The position numbers and the translations under genes are program-made. A DNA stretch of 43,836 nucleotides, taken from assembly GCA_963715335.1 (NCBI GenBank), contig CAVQRZ010000041.1, forward strand, positions 1 to 43,836, written 5' to 3'. Origin of the DNA: an uncultured delta proteobacterium (GTDB lineage Bacteria; Desulfobacterota; Desulfuromonadia; Desulfuromonadales; BM103). The notes below the pieces were generated by a model. It made no database searches, was not told where the DNA came from, and worked only from the letters and a program-made list of their open reading frames with translations. Below are positions 1 to 10,379 of the stretch, piece after piece. Position 1 is the stretch's first letter. The number at the start of each line of letters is the position of its first letter.

Positions 1-298
1 CCACCACGTTAAAATCATAGTGTCCAATACCTTGGACCAAAAGATATTTAGCTTGCCGTGTACTCAGGTTGACAACTCTGTGCACCCGTTTGACAGAAAC
101 ATCACAGTGCTGGCCATTGACGAGTTCGATACATGCGTCGGGGTTGCGGAATTCAACGGCAACAGGCCCGTCCAGGCAGAACATGCTGTCCGTTACCTCG
201 GTGTGATAATGCCACGCCGTCGCCGCGCCGTTTTCGAGGGACATGATGCGGACACGGACGTTTTCGGTTTCCAGAACAATCTCATTTCGATCGGTCAT
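1..298 (-). CDS. Cupin-domain protein (3' end runs off the window)
   Basis: Absent from the ORF track because it is open at the edge. Manual translation from ATG 298: MTDRNEIVLETENVRVRIMSLENGAATAWHYHTEVTDSMFCLDG...VHRVVNLSTRQAKYLLVQGIGHYDFNVV. Cupin-like WHYH motif 1 and His in motif 2; AGGA upstream. Confidence 0.8.
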   Translation of the reverse strand, partial: MTDRNEIVLETENVRVRIMSLENGAATAWHYHTEVTDSMFCLDGPVAVEFRNPDACIELVNGQHCDVSVKRVHRVVNLSTRQAKYLLVQGIGHYDFNVV

Positions 299-540
299 CT
301 TATCGTCCTGACAGTTCGTAACCAGTATTGACACTTCATGATACACCGAAATCGATGATCAGGACAAATCCAGGCAAAACACCGAAACCCTGAGATCTGC
401 ACATGTGACAGTCCGTCAATTGACGGCCATGTGCCCCCCGAGAACAGTAACAACTCCATTATTTCAGCATGTTACACGGAAAGGCTCGAAAAATGCACAA
501 ACGTATATATATCGTGTGCATTGGTATGGGGAATATCGCC

Positions 541-987
541 GTGAAAGTCACTATCTTCGACAACGACAGATCAACCCTGGAGAGACTGAAAACCCTCCTG
601 ACCAATCATGGTCATGAAGTCCGGGCCTTCCCCGAACCACACATCTGTTCCTTCAATCTCCTCGGCGACAACCAGTGCCCGTCTGGCACAGCTTGTGCCG
701 ATGCGGTCATTGTCAACATGAAGAGGCCCGCTGCCTCCGTCGTCGAAGCCCTGACCGGTTTGACTGAAAATGGCTGTAAAATTCCATTGTGCAGCAAGGC
801 AATCATGAGCAGCACCATGACCGATGAGGAGGAAACACAGATCAGGGGAGAAGGTCTGCATGTGCTCAGAAAACCTTTTCGACTGACCGATGTGCTGGAA
901 TGGGTGGAACAGGTCGGGGCTGTTGTCGAGGCAATCAGTTCTGTCGACCAGCCAGGTGCGCCGGTAGAATGTTCCCGGCCGGGCTGA
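541..987 (+). CDS. Atypical single-domain response regulator receiver with Cys-rich insert
   Basis: Receiver pattern (VTIFDND...DAVIVNMKRP...AIMSS...LRKPF). The phospho-Asp position is Asn. GTG start at 541 chosen from the GGGGA SD-like sequence; the ORF track starts at 469. Confidence 0.75.
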   Translation: MKVTIFDNDRSTLERLKTLLTNHGHEVRAFPEPHICSFNLLGDNQCPSGTACADAVIVNMKRPAASVVEALTGLTENGCKIPLCSKAIMSSTMTDEEETQIRGEGLHVLRKPFRLTDVLEWVEQVGAVVEAISSVDQPGAPVECSRPG

Positions 988-1918
988 CATAACGGACTTC
1001 ACAGTCAAGGTCGAAACTGATTCTTTCCCTGACCGTCCGACGGATATGACTGATCAGGTCGAGCACGTCCCTGGATGTGGCCCCGCCACGATTGACGATG
1101 AAGTTGGCATGTTGACGCGAGACTTCGGCATTGCCAATGCGAAAGCCCTTCAGAGCCGCCTCCTCGATAATTTTCCCGGGCGGGCCGACACTCGCGTGCA
1201 TTTCACTGGTGCTTAAAAAGACCGAGCCGCAATTCGGCTCCTTGCGTGGAAACTTGCGTCGACGCTCGCGCAGGTCATCAAGCATCATGCGACGGATTCG
1301 TCGTGAATCCAGGCGCTCGCATTCCAGTTCAACCTTGACCACCACGGCGCCGACCCCCTGCAGGGCGCTCTTCCGGTAGGAGAATACACACTCCTCGCGG
1401 TTCAGCTCGCACATCTCACCCTCGCGGCTGACAAACTGGACCCGGCGCACATTCTCCCCGATGCCCTTGCGTTGACTGCCACCGTTCATCAGGACCAGCC
1501 CGCCTATCGTGCCGGGGATGCCGACTATGTGCTCGAGCCCGGCCAGGCCGGCCAGCATCGCCTTGCGCGCCAAGCCCGGGACCCAGGCCCCTGACTCGGC
1601 GGTGATGTGGTTTCCTTCGATTTTGATGGTGGAAAAATTCTCGCCCAGCTTGAGCACGACGCCGCGCAGGCCGGCATCGTCAAAGAGCAGATTGGTCCCC
1701 TGGCCGATGACGACCAGGGGAATCCGGAATTGGCTGGCGAAGCGAACAACCGCGACCACCTGCTCAGCCCGGTCGGGCTCAACCAGCAGATCGGCAGGGC
1801 CGCCGATCTGCCAGCTGTTGTGGCCGGACAGCGGCACGTCAAAAGCGTATTGCCCGACGTCCTGTGTGACCAGCTTGTCGAGCAGATCACGGTACGTTTG
1901 ACGAGAACTCAGCGTCAT
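935..1918 (-). CDS. murB: UDP-N-acetylmuramate dehydrogenase
   Basis: IGGPAD, GQGTNLL, GIPGTIGG..MNGG, FSYRKS, NCGSVF, HANFIVN, LDCEV motifs. Confidence 0.93.
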   Translation of the reverse strand: MTLSSRQTYRDLLDKLVTQDVGQYAFDVPLSGHNSWQIGGPADLLVEPDRAEQVVAVVRFASQFRIPLVVIGQGTNLLFDDAGLRGVVLKLGENFSTIKIEGNHITAESGAWVPGLARKAMLAGLAGLEHIVGIPGTIGGLVLMNGGSQRKGIGENVRRVQFVSREGEMCELNREECVFSYRKSALQGVGAVVVKVELECERLDSRRIRRMMLDDLRERRRKFPRKEPNCGSVFLSTSEMHASVGPPGKIIEEAALKGFRIGNAEVSRQHANFIVNRGGATSRDVLDLISHIRRTVRERISFDLDCEVRYVSPAGNILPAHLAGRQN

Positions 1919-1933
1919 CTTCTCAAGCCAGGA

Positions 1934-2866
1934 CTACTGAGCCTGTTTCAGGTACCTGTAGTAGTCTGAGTCGGTGGAGATCACCAAACGGCCGTTCTCC
2001 TTAATCGACTTCTTGTAAGATTCGAGTGTCCGCAGGAAAGCATAGAACTCCTTGTCCTTGTTGTATGCCTCTGCGTATATTGCTGCAGCCTCGGCATCGG
2101 CGGCACCGCGCACCTCGAGCACCTTGCGGTAGGCTTCGGAACTGATAGTCTTGAGCTCACGCTCCATCTGGCCGAGGATGTCGGCCTTCTCGCCCTCGCC
2201 TTCCGAGCGGTACTGGGCGGCGACCTTCTTGCGCTCGTTGATCATGCGCTCGTAGACCCGGGTCCGCACCTGCTCGACATAGTTGATGCGCTTGATCACG
2301 ACATCGAGCAGTTCGATGCCGTATTCAGGAGTATTGGCTCGGGCCTTTTCGAGAATCCCGGTCATGATCTCCTCACGGCCAACCAGGTTCTCCTTGGCAA
2401 TTTCCACACCTTCAACCTCAAAGCGCTCTTCTCCTCCACCCGCCTGGGACTGGTAGTCGCGACCACGGACCAGTTCCACCAGCAAGCGCCCGGAGACGGC
2501 ATCACGCACCACGGAGTCGATGATATCGTCGAGGCGGCTCATGGCGCCACGCTCGGTGGCAACCGTGGTGTAGAACAGGAGCGGATCATTGATCCGCCAG
2601 CGTGCCGTGGTATCGATCCAGATAAAGCGCTTGTCCTTGGTCGGGATCTGGTTCGGGTCGCCGTCCCATTTCAGAATGCGTTTTTCAAAACGGGTGACTT
2701 TCTGTACGAAAGGGACTTTCAGATGCAGCCCCGAGCCGGACACATCACCGACCGGCTTGCCGAACTGGGTGACGATCGCCTGCTCCGCCTCATTAACCAC
2801 GTAAAGGCCATCCATGCCGACAAAGATCAGGGCAATGACAACAAAAAAGATCACAGGTGCTTTCAT
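1934..2866 (-). CDS. hflC: FtsH protease modulator HflC
   Basis: N-terminal TM, SPFH domain (QFGKP, GLHLKVPF, RMINER, FYAFLRTLESY); ATGA overlap with hflK. Confidence 0.93.
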   Translation of the reverse strand: MKAPVIFFVVIALIFVGMDGLYVVNEAEQAIVTQFGKPVGDVSGSGLHLKVPFVQKVTRFEKRILKWDGDPNQIPTKDKRFIWIDTTARWRINDPLLFYTTVATERGAMSRLDDIIDSVVRDAVSGRLLVELVRGRDYQSQAGGGEERFEVEGVEIAKENLVGREEIMTGILEKARANTPEYGIELLDVVIKRINYVEQVRTRVYERMINERKKVAAQYRSEGEGEKADILGQMERELKTISSEAYRKVLEVRGAADAEAAAIYAEAYNKDKEFYAFLRTLESYKKSIKENGRLVISTDSDYYRYLKQAQ

Positions 2867-3894
2867 TGTTTGGCCCCTCCTTCCATTGCCTTGCGCAGCG
2901 GCAGCAACGGCAGCAACCCGCCGGTTTTGTCGTCCATAACGTAGATTTCCTCGAGTCGCGGCAATACCTCTTCAAGCGTTTCAAGGTAGATTCGGCTGCG
3001 GGTCACCGAGGGGGCCTTGCGATATTCAGTGAGCAGCGCCAAAAACCTGTTGGTCTCGCCTCGCGCCTTGTTGACCCGCTCAACGGCATAGCCTTCCGCC
3101 TCCTGCAGGGCTTGCTTTGCCTCGCCACGGGCACGCGGAACTTCGCGGTTGTACTGCTCGCGCGCCTGGAAAATCAGGCTCTCCCTCTGTTGTTCAGACT
3201 CGTTGACCTCGTTGTAGGCCGCCTTGACCGGGTCAGGCGGGGTCACGTCCTGGAATTTGACCGTAACGATCCGCACACCAATATCGTACTGGTTGAGAGT
3301 GGCTTGCAGGTCTCGTTCAATGTCACTCGCAAGCTGGGCACGCTCGGTGGTCAGGACCTCGGTGACGTTGGCATTGCCGATCGCCTTGCGCACCATCGCT
3401 TCAGAAATGTCACGGATGGTATCAACCGGATCCTTGATACGGAAGATAAACTTGAAGGGGTCGGAAATCTGGAACTGCACAATCCACTCGACATCACTGA
3501 CGTTAAGATCGCCGGTCAGGGTCAGGGATTCCTCTTCCAGACCACCCTTGGTGAAAGTCGAACGGATATCCGGCGTGACCGTGCGGAAACCGAACTCTTC
3601 CTTGAGGACGCGACCGGTCTGCACCAGGTACACCCGGTCAATGCCGAGTGGCAGCTTGAAATGCAGCCCGGGTTCAGCGAAGCCGGAAAACTTGCCGAAG
3701 CGTAGGACGACACCGGTCTCTTCGGTATCGACTTCGTACATGCTGGTGTAGGCGCCGATAACGACCAGGACAACGACGACCAGTATCGGCAGCAAACCCT
3801 TTTGCGGGTTGAACTTGTTCTTGAAATAGTCCCTGATCTCGATGACCTTCTTTTCCAGGTCGTCGCTCGAGGGACCCTGGCCCCAATCCTGCAT
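2863..3894 (-). CDS. hflK: FtsH protease modulator HflK
   Basis: SPFH domain (GVVLRFGK, LTGDLN, PPDPVKAAYNEV, PRARGEA, RIYLETLEEVL); ATG 3894 follows a GGAGG SD. Confidence 0.93.
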   Translation of the reverse strand: MQDWGQGPSSDDLEKKVIEIRDYFKNKFNPQKGLLPILVVVVLVVIGAYTSMYEVDTEETGVVLRFGKFSGFAEPGLHFKLPLGIDRVYLVQTGRVLKEEFGFRTVTPDIRSTFTKGGLEEESLTLTGDLNVSDVEWIVQFQISDPFKFIFRIKDPVDTIRDISEAMVRKAIGNANVTEVLTTERAQLASDIERDLQATLNQYDIGVRIVTVKFQDVTPPDPVKAAYNEVNESEQQRESLIFQAREQYNREVPRARGEAKQALQEAEGYAVERVNKARGETNRFLALLTEYRKAPSVTRSRIYLETLEEVLPRLEEIYVMDDKTGGLLPLLPLRKAMEGGAKQ

Positions 3895-4028
3895 GTTTTC
3901 CTCCCTTTTATTGGTTTGCAACGGTTAATTCAGTCCGGGTTCATTGTAGCGCAATTCAGAACCCCTTGCAGGCACAGTCAGTTATAGCAGGTTTACCACG
4001 GCAAACAAAGGGTAGTTATGGCGGTTGC

Positions 4029-5270
4029 CTATTTCTCAGCGGCTTTGAGACCGGCCAGGTAGCCGGTCGACCAGCAGACCTGCAGGTTGAAGCCGCCGGT
4101 GGGGCCGTCCAGGTCAACGATCTCACCGGCAAAGAACAGGTTTGAGATTTTCTTCGAACGCATGCTGCGCATGTCGATATCCTTGAGTGAAACGCCTCCG
4201 GAAGTGATGATCGCGCGCCGAAAGCCTGCGCAGCCGGTCACTTCTAGATCCATCTCCTTGAAAAGCTTCAGCAGGCGCTGTCGCTCCGTGCGGGTCACCG
4301 AATGGCATTTCTTGGCAGGATCGATTCCGGCCAGCCTGACAAAGATCGGGATCAAGTCGCGAGGCAAAAGCTTGCCGAGGGAGTTACCGAAATCCAGGTT
4401 GCTGTGCTCGGCCAGTTCCCGCTGCAAACGCTTGTCGAACAGCTCGGCGACGACAGCCGGTTTGAAATCGAGCTGCAGCTTTACCTTGCCCTGCTTCAGT
4501 GCATCGCGGATACGACTGCTCAGGTCGAGCACGATCGGGCCGCCGATACCTGAACGGGTAAAAAAGGCTTCGCCGAAGCGTTCGTCGACCTGCTTGCCGT
4601 CAACAAACAGGGTAATCCGGACGTTCTTGAGGTTAAATCTGCTGACTTCGGAGGTCCAGTTTTCTTTCAGTTTGACCGGCATCAGGGCCGGCCCAGGCTT
4701 GACCAGCTGGTGGCCGCAATCCTGCGCCCAGGCGTAGCCGTCTCCGGTACAGCCGGTTTCCGGGTAAGACAGCCCGCCTGTAGCAAGGATGACCTTGTCC
4801 GCGGCGAAATTACCGTCGGAGGTCTCAATTTCGCGAACCCGCTCTGCGTCGACCAGGAGACCTTTGACCTCGCACCCCGTGCGGATCTCAACCCCCTCGC
4901 CACGCACAAAGTCGACCAAGGCCTTCTGCACGTCTTCGGCAAGGCCGCTCTCTGGAAAGATGCGCCCGCCGCGCTCAACCTTGAGCGGGACTCCATGACC
5001 GGCAAAAAACTCGACAGTCTCCGCGACCCCGAAAGCATAGAGTGCGGTCAGTAATGCCCGGCCATTGCGACCGAAGTGTTCCACGAACTTGCGCGGATCC
5101 TGCTCATCGTACGTGACGTTGCAGCGGCCCTTGCCGGTTATCAGGATCTTCGCCCCGCATCGCCGGTTCTTCTCCAGCAGCAGAACCCCGGCGCCCTGTC
5201 GGGCGGCAAAGCCTGCAGCAAAAAGCCCTGCAGGTCCGCCGCCGATCACGATCACATCATATTGTTTCAT
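4029..5270 (-). CDS. HI0933/YhiN-family NAD(P)/FAD-dependent oxidoreductase
   Basis: GGGPAG, ITGKGRCNVT, ATGGLSYP.TG.TGDGY, AGEIVDLDGPTGGFNLQ motifs; start at MKQYDV. Confidence 0.92.
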   Translation of the reverse strand: MKQYDVIVIGGGPAGLFAAGFAARQGAGVLLLEKNRRCGAKILITGKGRCNVTYDEQDPRKFVEHFGRNGRALLTALYAFGVAETVEFFAGHGVPLKVERGGRIFPESGLAEDVQKALVDFVRGEGVEIRTGCEVKGLLVDAERVREIETSDGNFAADKVILATGGLSYPETGCTGDGYAWAQDCGHQLVKPGPALMPVKLKENWTSEVSRFNLKNVRITLFVDGKQVDERFGEAFFTRSGIGGPIVLDLSSRIRDALKQGKVKLQLDFKPAVVAELFDKRLQRELAEHSNLDFGNSLGKLLPRDLIPIFVRLAGIDPAKKCHSVTRTERQRLLKLFKEMDLEVTGCAGFRRAIITSGGVSLKDIDMRSMRSKKISNLFFAGEIVDLDGPTGGFNLQVCWSTGYLAGLKAAEK

Positions 5271-5354
5271 GAATTTATTCCGTTCAACGGCACTATCATC
5301 GGACAAGGTTGCCGTATGCAATCACAGTTTACCTGCTAGCCATCATCTTATGCC

Positions 5355-5383
5355 ATGACAGGGATAATAAACATGCTTATAAT
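5355..5383 (+). promoter_or_regulatory. Putative sigma70 promoter of the S1 gene
   Basis: ATGACA (5355-5360), 17 nt spacer, TATAAT (5378-5383). Confidence 0.6.
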
Positions 5384-5415
5384 GACCACATCCAATGATC
5401 AGGAAAGGCAACCTA

Positions 5416-6597
5416 ATGAGTGACGAAACCTTTGAAGACCAGGAGATGAACGGGGAAGGCAGCTTTGCCGAAATGCTGGAGCAGAGCCTGGTTGGCAAGA
5501 CCCAGTTGCAAGCGGGTCAGAAAGTCGATGCCACGGTACTGCAGATCGGCGAAGAGTGGGTTTTCCTCGATGTCGGCCAGAAAGGCGAGGGCATTCTCGA
5601 CATCAGGGAGCTCCTCGACAACGAGGGGGAATTATCCGTTGCCGTCGGCGCTACGGTCAGCGCCTATTTCCTGTCCCGCAAGGGCGGCGAGCTGCGGTTC
5701 ACGACCCGCCTCGGCGGCGGGTCATCCGGAACCGCACAACTCGAAGAGGCCTGGCGCAGTGAAATCCCCGTGGAAGGCCGCATCGAGAAGGAGATCAAGG
5801 GTGGTTACGAGATCAAGTTGCCGGGGAACGTCCGCGCCTTTTGCCCCTTCTCACAGCTCGGCCTGCACCGGCAAAACAACACGGGAGAAGTGATCGGCAC
5901 CACCCGCGACTTCCGCATTACCCAGTTCGAGGAGCAGGGTCGCAACATCGTCGTCTCCCGCCGGGTCATCCTCGAGGAAGAACGTCGCCAGCAACGCGCC
6001 GAACTGATGGCAAGCATCAAGGAAGGGATGGTCGTTTCAGGGACGATTACCAACATCCGCGACTTCGGCGCATTTGTTGATATTGGCGGGCTGGAAGGCC
6101 TGCTGCCGATCTCTGAAATCGCTTACAGCCGCGTTGAGAAGATCGAGGACGTCCTGCAGGTTGGGCAACAGATAGACGTAGCCGTGAAAAAGTGTGATTG
6201 GGAAAATGAACGGTTTTCCTTCAGCCTTCGCGATACCCTTGCCGACCCCTGGGCCAAGGTCAAAAGCAATTACCCGGAAGGCTCAAGCCACACTGGCAAA
6301 GTCTCCCGACTAGCCCAATTCGGCGCTTTCGTCACCCTGGAAGGCGGGATCGACGGGTTGCTGCATATTTCGAAGATCGGTGGGGACCAGCGCATCAAGC
6401 ACCCCCAGGATGTTCTGACCCTCGGCCAGGAGCTGCGGGTCACTATTGAAAAGATCGACCTCGAGGAGAAGCGCATCTCACTCGCTTTGTTCCGTGATAA
6501 AGCCGAAGACCCGGCAGAAACTTCTTACGAGGAAAAACCCCCCGAGGGGATGGGGACCTTTGCGGATCTCTTCAAAAGGGCGCAAAAGAAGAAGTAG
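5416..6597 (+). CDS. rpsA: 30S ribosomal protein S1, short four-domain form (likely paralog)
   Basis: Four S1 repeats (DVGQKGEG; GGYEIKL..RAFCPFSQ; DFGAFVDIGGLEGLLPISE; QFGAFVTLEGGIDGLLHISKI); ATG 5416 after AGGAAAGG. Confidence 0.85.
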   Translation: MSDETFEDQEMNGEGSFAEMLEQSLVGKTQLQAGQKVDATVLQIGEEWVFLDVGQKGEGILDIRELLDNEGELSVAVGATVSAYFLSRKGGELRFTTRLGGGSSGTAQLEEAWRSEIPVEGRIEKEIKGGYEIKLPGNVRAFCPFSQLGLHRQNNTGEVIGTTRDFRITQFEEQGRNIVVSRRVILEEERRQQRAELMASIKEGMVVSGTITNIRDFGAFVDIGGLEGLLPISEIAYSRVEKIEDVLQVGQQIDVAVKKCDWENERFSFSLRDTLADPWAKVKSNYPEGSSHTGKVSRLAQFGAFVTLEGGIDGLLHISKIGGDQRIKHPQDVLTLGQELRVTIEKIDLEEKRISLALFRDKAEDPAETSYEEKPPEGMGTFADLFKRAQKKK

Positions 6598-6670
6598 TTT
6601 GGCATGCCGGGGATCAGGCTCCCTCACTAAATCAGCAGACTTCGGCCAGGAAAACATCCTGGGAACCTTG

Positions 6671-6704
6671 CGGGAGGGTCAATGCTCTGAGCATGACCCT
6701 CTCG
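6671..6704 (+). other. Stem-loop downstream of the S1 gene (possible terminator or 3' stabiliser)
   Basis: CGGGAGGGTCA-A-TGC-TCTGA-GCA-TGACCCTCTCG; no U-tract follows. Confidence 0.45.
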
Positions 6705-6800
6705 GGGCCTGGTAATAATTTGCGGGTCAATTTACACACTCAAGACGATGTGGGATGAGACAACGAGAGGATATTTGGCCTCTGTGAAGGGGCCCGGATT

Positions 6801-7187
6801 ATGAAAAAGAAGATATTGTTGATAGATGACAGTCCATTCTTTCTCAAGGTTCTCAGTGATCTTCTCATTGAAGACTTTTCTATCGTGACAGCAGACTCAG
6901 GAGAGAGGGCGATCGAGCTTCTCAGGGCGTCAGATTACGATACGCTCGACCGTTCGGAACCATTTGACCTAATCATAACGGACCTTATGATGCCCGGACT
7001 AAGCGGCTACGATGTTGCCCAATTCGTCAAAGGGAAAAACCGGAGCAGTAAATTTACTCCCGTCATTATGGTCTCAGGGGTGGAACTCGACAAGGAAGAG
7101 GCAAGGAGCCATGGTTGCGCAACCTACATTCCAAAAACCAACCTGAAAAAGATCGTCTCAATGGCTCGAATCCTTTTGCTAAGGTGA
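6801..7187 (+). CDS. Single-domain (CheY-like) response regulator
   Basis: ILLIDDS, DLIITDLMMP, VIMVSG, YIPK: canonical receiver residues. Confidence 0.9.
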   Translation: MKKKILLIDDSPFFLKVLSDLLIEDFSIVTADSGERAIELLRASDYDTLDRSEPFDLIITDLMMPGLSGYDVAQFVKGKNRSSKFTPVIMVSGVELDKEEARSHGCATYIPKTNLKKIVSMARILLLR

Positions 7188-7337
7188 TTTCTCCTGGGTT
7201 CTCCTGCAGTTTCACTGCTTAACGTGACTTGTGAAGGGTCGCTGCAGCGGCGGAAGATTCGAACGCCGCACCGGCCCGGTGGTAATGATCAATGCTTCCG
7301 TTCTCAAGTTGTCAGGCTATGCGCAAGGGGAAAAAAA

Positions 7338-7673
7338 CTATTTTAACCGTACATATTTTTCCGCTTCCCCTTGTTCTGAAGTGAGGATCATTTGATTGCC
7401 AACAAATTCAACTGCACAGGCAAAGTTTTTAGAACCGCCCGAGGTTGATATTTCAAGGTGAAGTTTGCCGTCACCTGGCATGCTCCACCTTCCGCTGCCT
7501 GTTTGCTCACCATTTTTCGTTACCAGGGAACCATCATCCAGAAACTCTACAATCTTGCTTTCATCTTCTTGCATTTGCCAGCCCCCCGCTATCACTTTTG
7601 CAGGGTCATCCGCACAACCGATTAACAAGCAGGCCAACAAAGCGACGGAACCGATTAAAAACGATTTTTTCAT
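7338..7673 (-). CDS. Putative lipoprotein of unknown function
   Basis: MKKSFLIGSVALLACLLIG-C signal/lipobox, followed by a small beta-rich domain (GGWQ, GRWS); GAGG SD before ATG 7673. Confidence 0.75.
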   Translation of the reverse strand: MKKSFLIGSVALLACLLIGCADDPAKVIAGGWQMQEDESKIVEFLDDGSLVTKNGEQTGSGRWSMPGDGKLHLEISTSGGSKNFACAVEFVGNQMILTSEQGEAEKYVRLK

Positions 7674-8035
7674 GATAGACCTCATCTTCCCAAGGCTTTA
7701 GATTTTTTCAGTTTCACCGTTTGTGAGTTGAGCACTTCCATAAAACGAAAGGGGCCAGGCGAGAGCCACAAGCAAAGACCGCTATCCGGCATGAAGCCGA
7801 CAACATCGGTCGGCGATTGTCCCAAAGTTACTGCCTGCATGGTGGCCGTTCCAGGCTCGACAAAGCCATGGCATTACTATCGGCCAATATGCCAATGGCA
7901 GGCAGACCAGTCAACCGGATCTTATCTAGAGCCCCCCCGAATGACCGTAAGAACGCAGAGCAAACCCCGATCAACCTGGTGCGGCAGAGATCTAAATCGT
8001 GCCCCGGGGCCGGGTAATTGGGCTGCAGCCCAAGC

Positions 8036-8929
8036 TCACCGGTTGCCGTTATCAGCCTTCCGGCCGGTGGTCTCCTCGGCGCCGGCCCAGCCGTCAATGA
8101 CTTCCCGCAGGATCTCGCGGTAGGCTTTGCCTCCTGCGACCATCCCGTTGTTGTGGTCGGCGCCGTCTATCCAGTGGATCCGTTTCCGGTCGACTGCATG
8201 GGCATACAGCGCTTCGGCCATAACTGGAGGGCAGATAGTGTCATTCCTGCCGTGGATTAGCAGGACAGGGCTCTCAAGATTACCGATTTTGGCCAGGTTG
8301 TCGTACTTCGCATTGAGCAGCCAGCCGAGCAGAAGGTTGAGCAGCGGGTAATGGTATCGCCCCATAGCGGGAATGGACGTGAAGGCCGCCTCGATGATCA
8401 GCCCTGCCGGCGGGATCCGCAGCGCGGTCTCCAAGCCGACAGCGGCGCCGAGCGAACGGCCAAAAATGATGACCCGGTCAGCTGCCCAGCCGCGCTTGTG
8501 CAGAAATGCCATGGCCCCCGCGGCGTCATGATATAGACCTGCTTCGCTGGCTTTGCCCTTGCTCCGGCCATACCCCCGGTAATCGAAGATAAAGGTTGCG
8601 ACCCCCAGTTCGTGCAGCAGCTGCAATGTCTCCAGGCGATGGGAGATGTTGCCGGCGTTGCCCATACAGAAGAGGACCAGCGGCGAGCCATCCCGACCGG
8701 CGACCAGCCAGCCGGTCAGCTGCGTCCCGTCTGTGGCCGAAAAATCGACTTCTTCATAACCCAGGCCGATGCTGGCCGGTGTCGCCTCATGGCGGGGGAC
8801 CGGAAAGTAAAGGAAGTGATGTTCGAGAGCGCTGCGAAGCGGCATGATCAGAACCAGTGCTGCAACCGGGTAAAGCAGGAGCCGGTAGCAGAGGTTTTTA
8901 TATCTCGCTGGTTTGGCTCTGACAGACAT
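8036..8929 (-). CDS. Alpha/beta hydrolase (ABHD13/BEM46-like)
   Basis: N-terminal TM, GNAGN, DYRGYG, GRSLG nucleophile elbow, IHGRND, GADHN. Start ATG 8929 lies 7 nt after the trkH stop; the ORF-track extension overlaps trkH. Confidence 0.88.
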   Translation of the reverse strand: MSVRAKPARYKNLCYRLLLYPVAALVLIMPLRSALEHHFLYFPVPRHEATPASIGLGYEEVDFSATDGTQLTGWLVAGRDGSPLVLFCMGNAGNISHRLETLQLLHELGVATFIFDYRGYGRSKGKASEAGLYHDAAGAMAFLHKRGWAADRVIIFGRSLGAAVGLETALRIPPAGLIIEAAFTSIPAMGRYHYPLLNLLLGWLLNAKYDNLAKIGNLESPVLLIHGRNDTICPPVMAEALYAHAVDRKRIHWIDGADHNNGMVAGGKAYREILREVIDGWAGAEETTGRKADNGNR

Positions 8930-8936
8930 ACTTGGA

Positions 8937-10379
<1,443 letters not shown>

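Noticed and set aside
20..331. 103-aa plus-strand ORF in the track
   Set aside because: Antisense shadow of the minus-strand cupin gene (298 to <1), which has recognisable motifs.
7236..7280. GGCGGAAGATTCGAAC resembles the reverse complement of a tRNA T-loop (GTTCGAATC), within a GC-rich hairpin
   Set aside because: No T-stem pairing, no cloverleaf, no CCA; at most a hairpin between convergent genes.
340..8035. Cyclic-dinucleotide (GEMM) or other riboswitch in intergenic gaps 340-540, 6600-6800 and 7690-8035
   Set aside because: I could not match the conserved two-hairpin GEMM pattern or another riboswitch by eye; an Rfam cmscan would be decisive.
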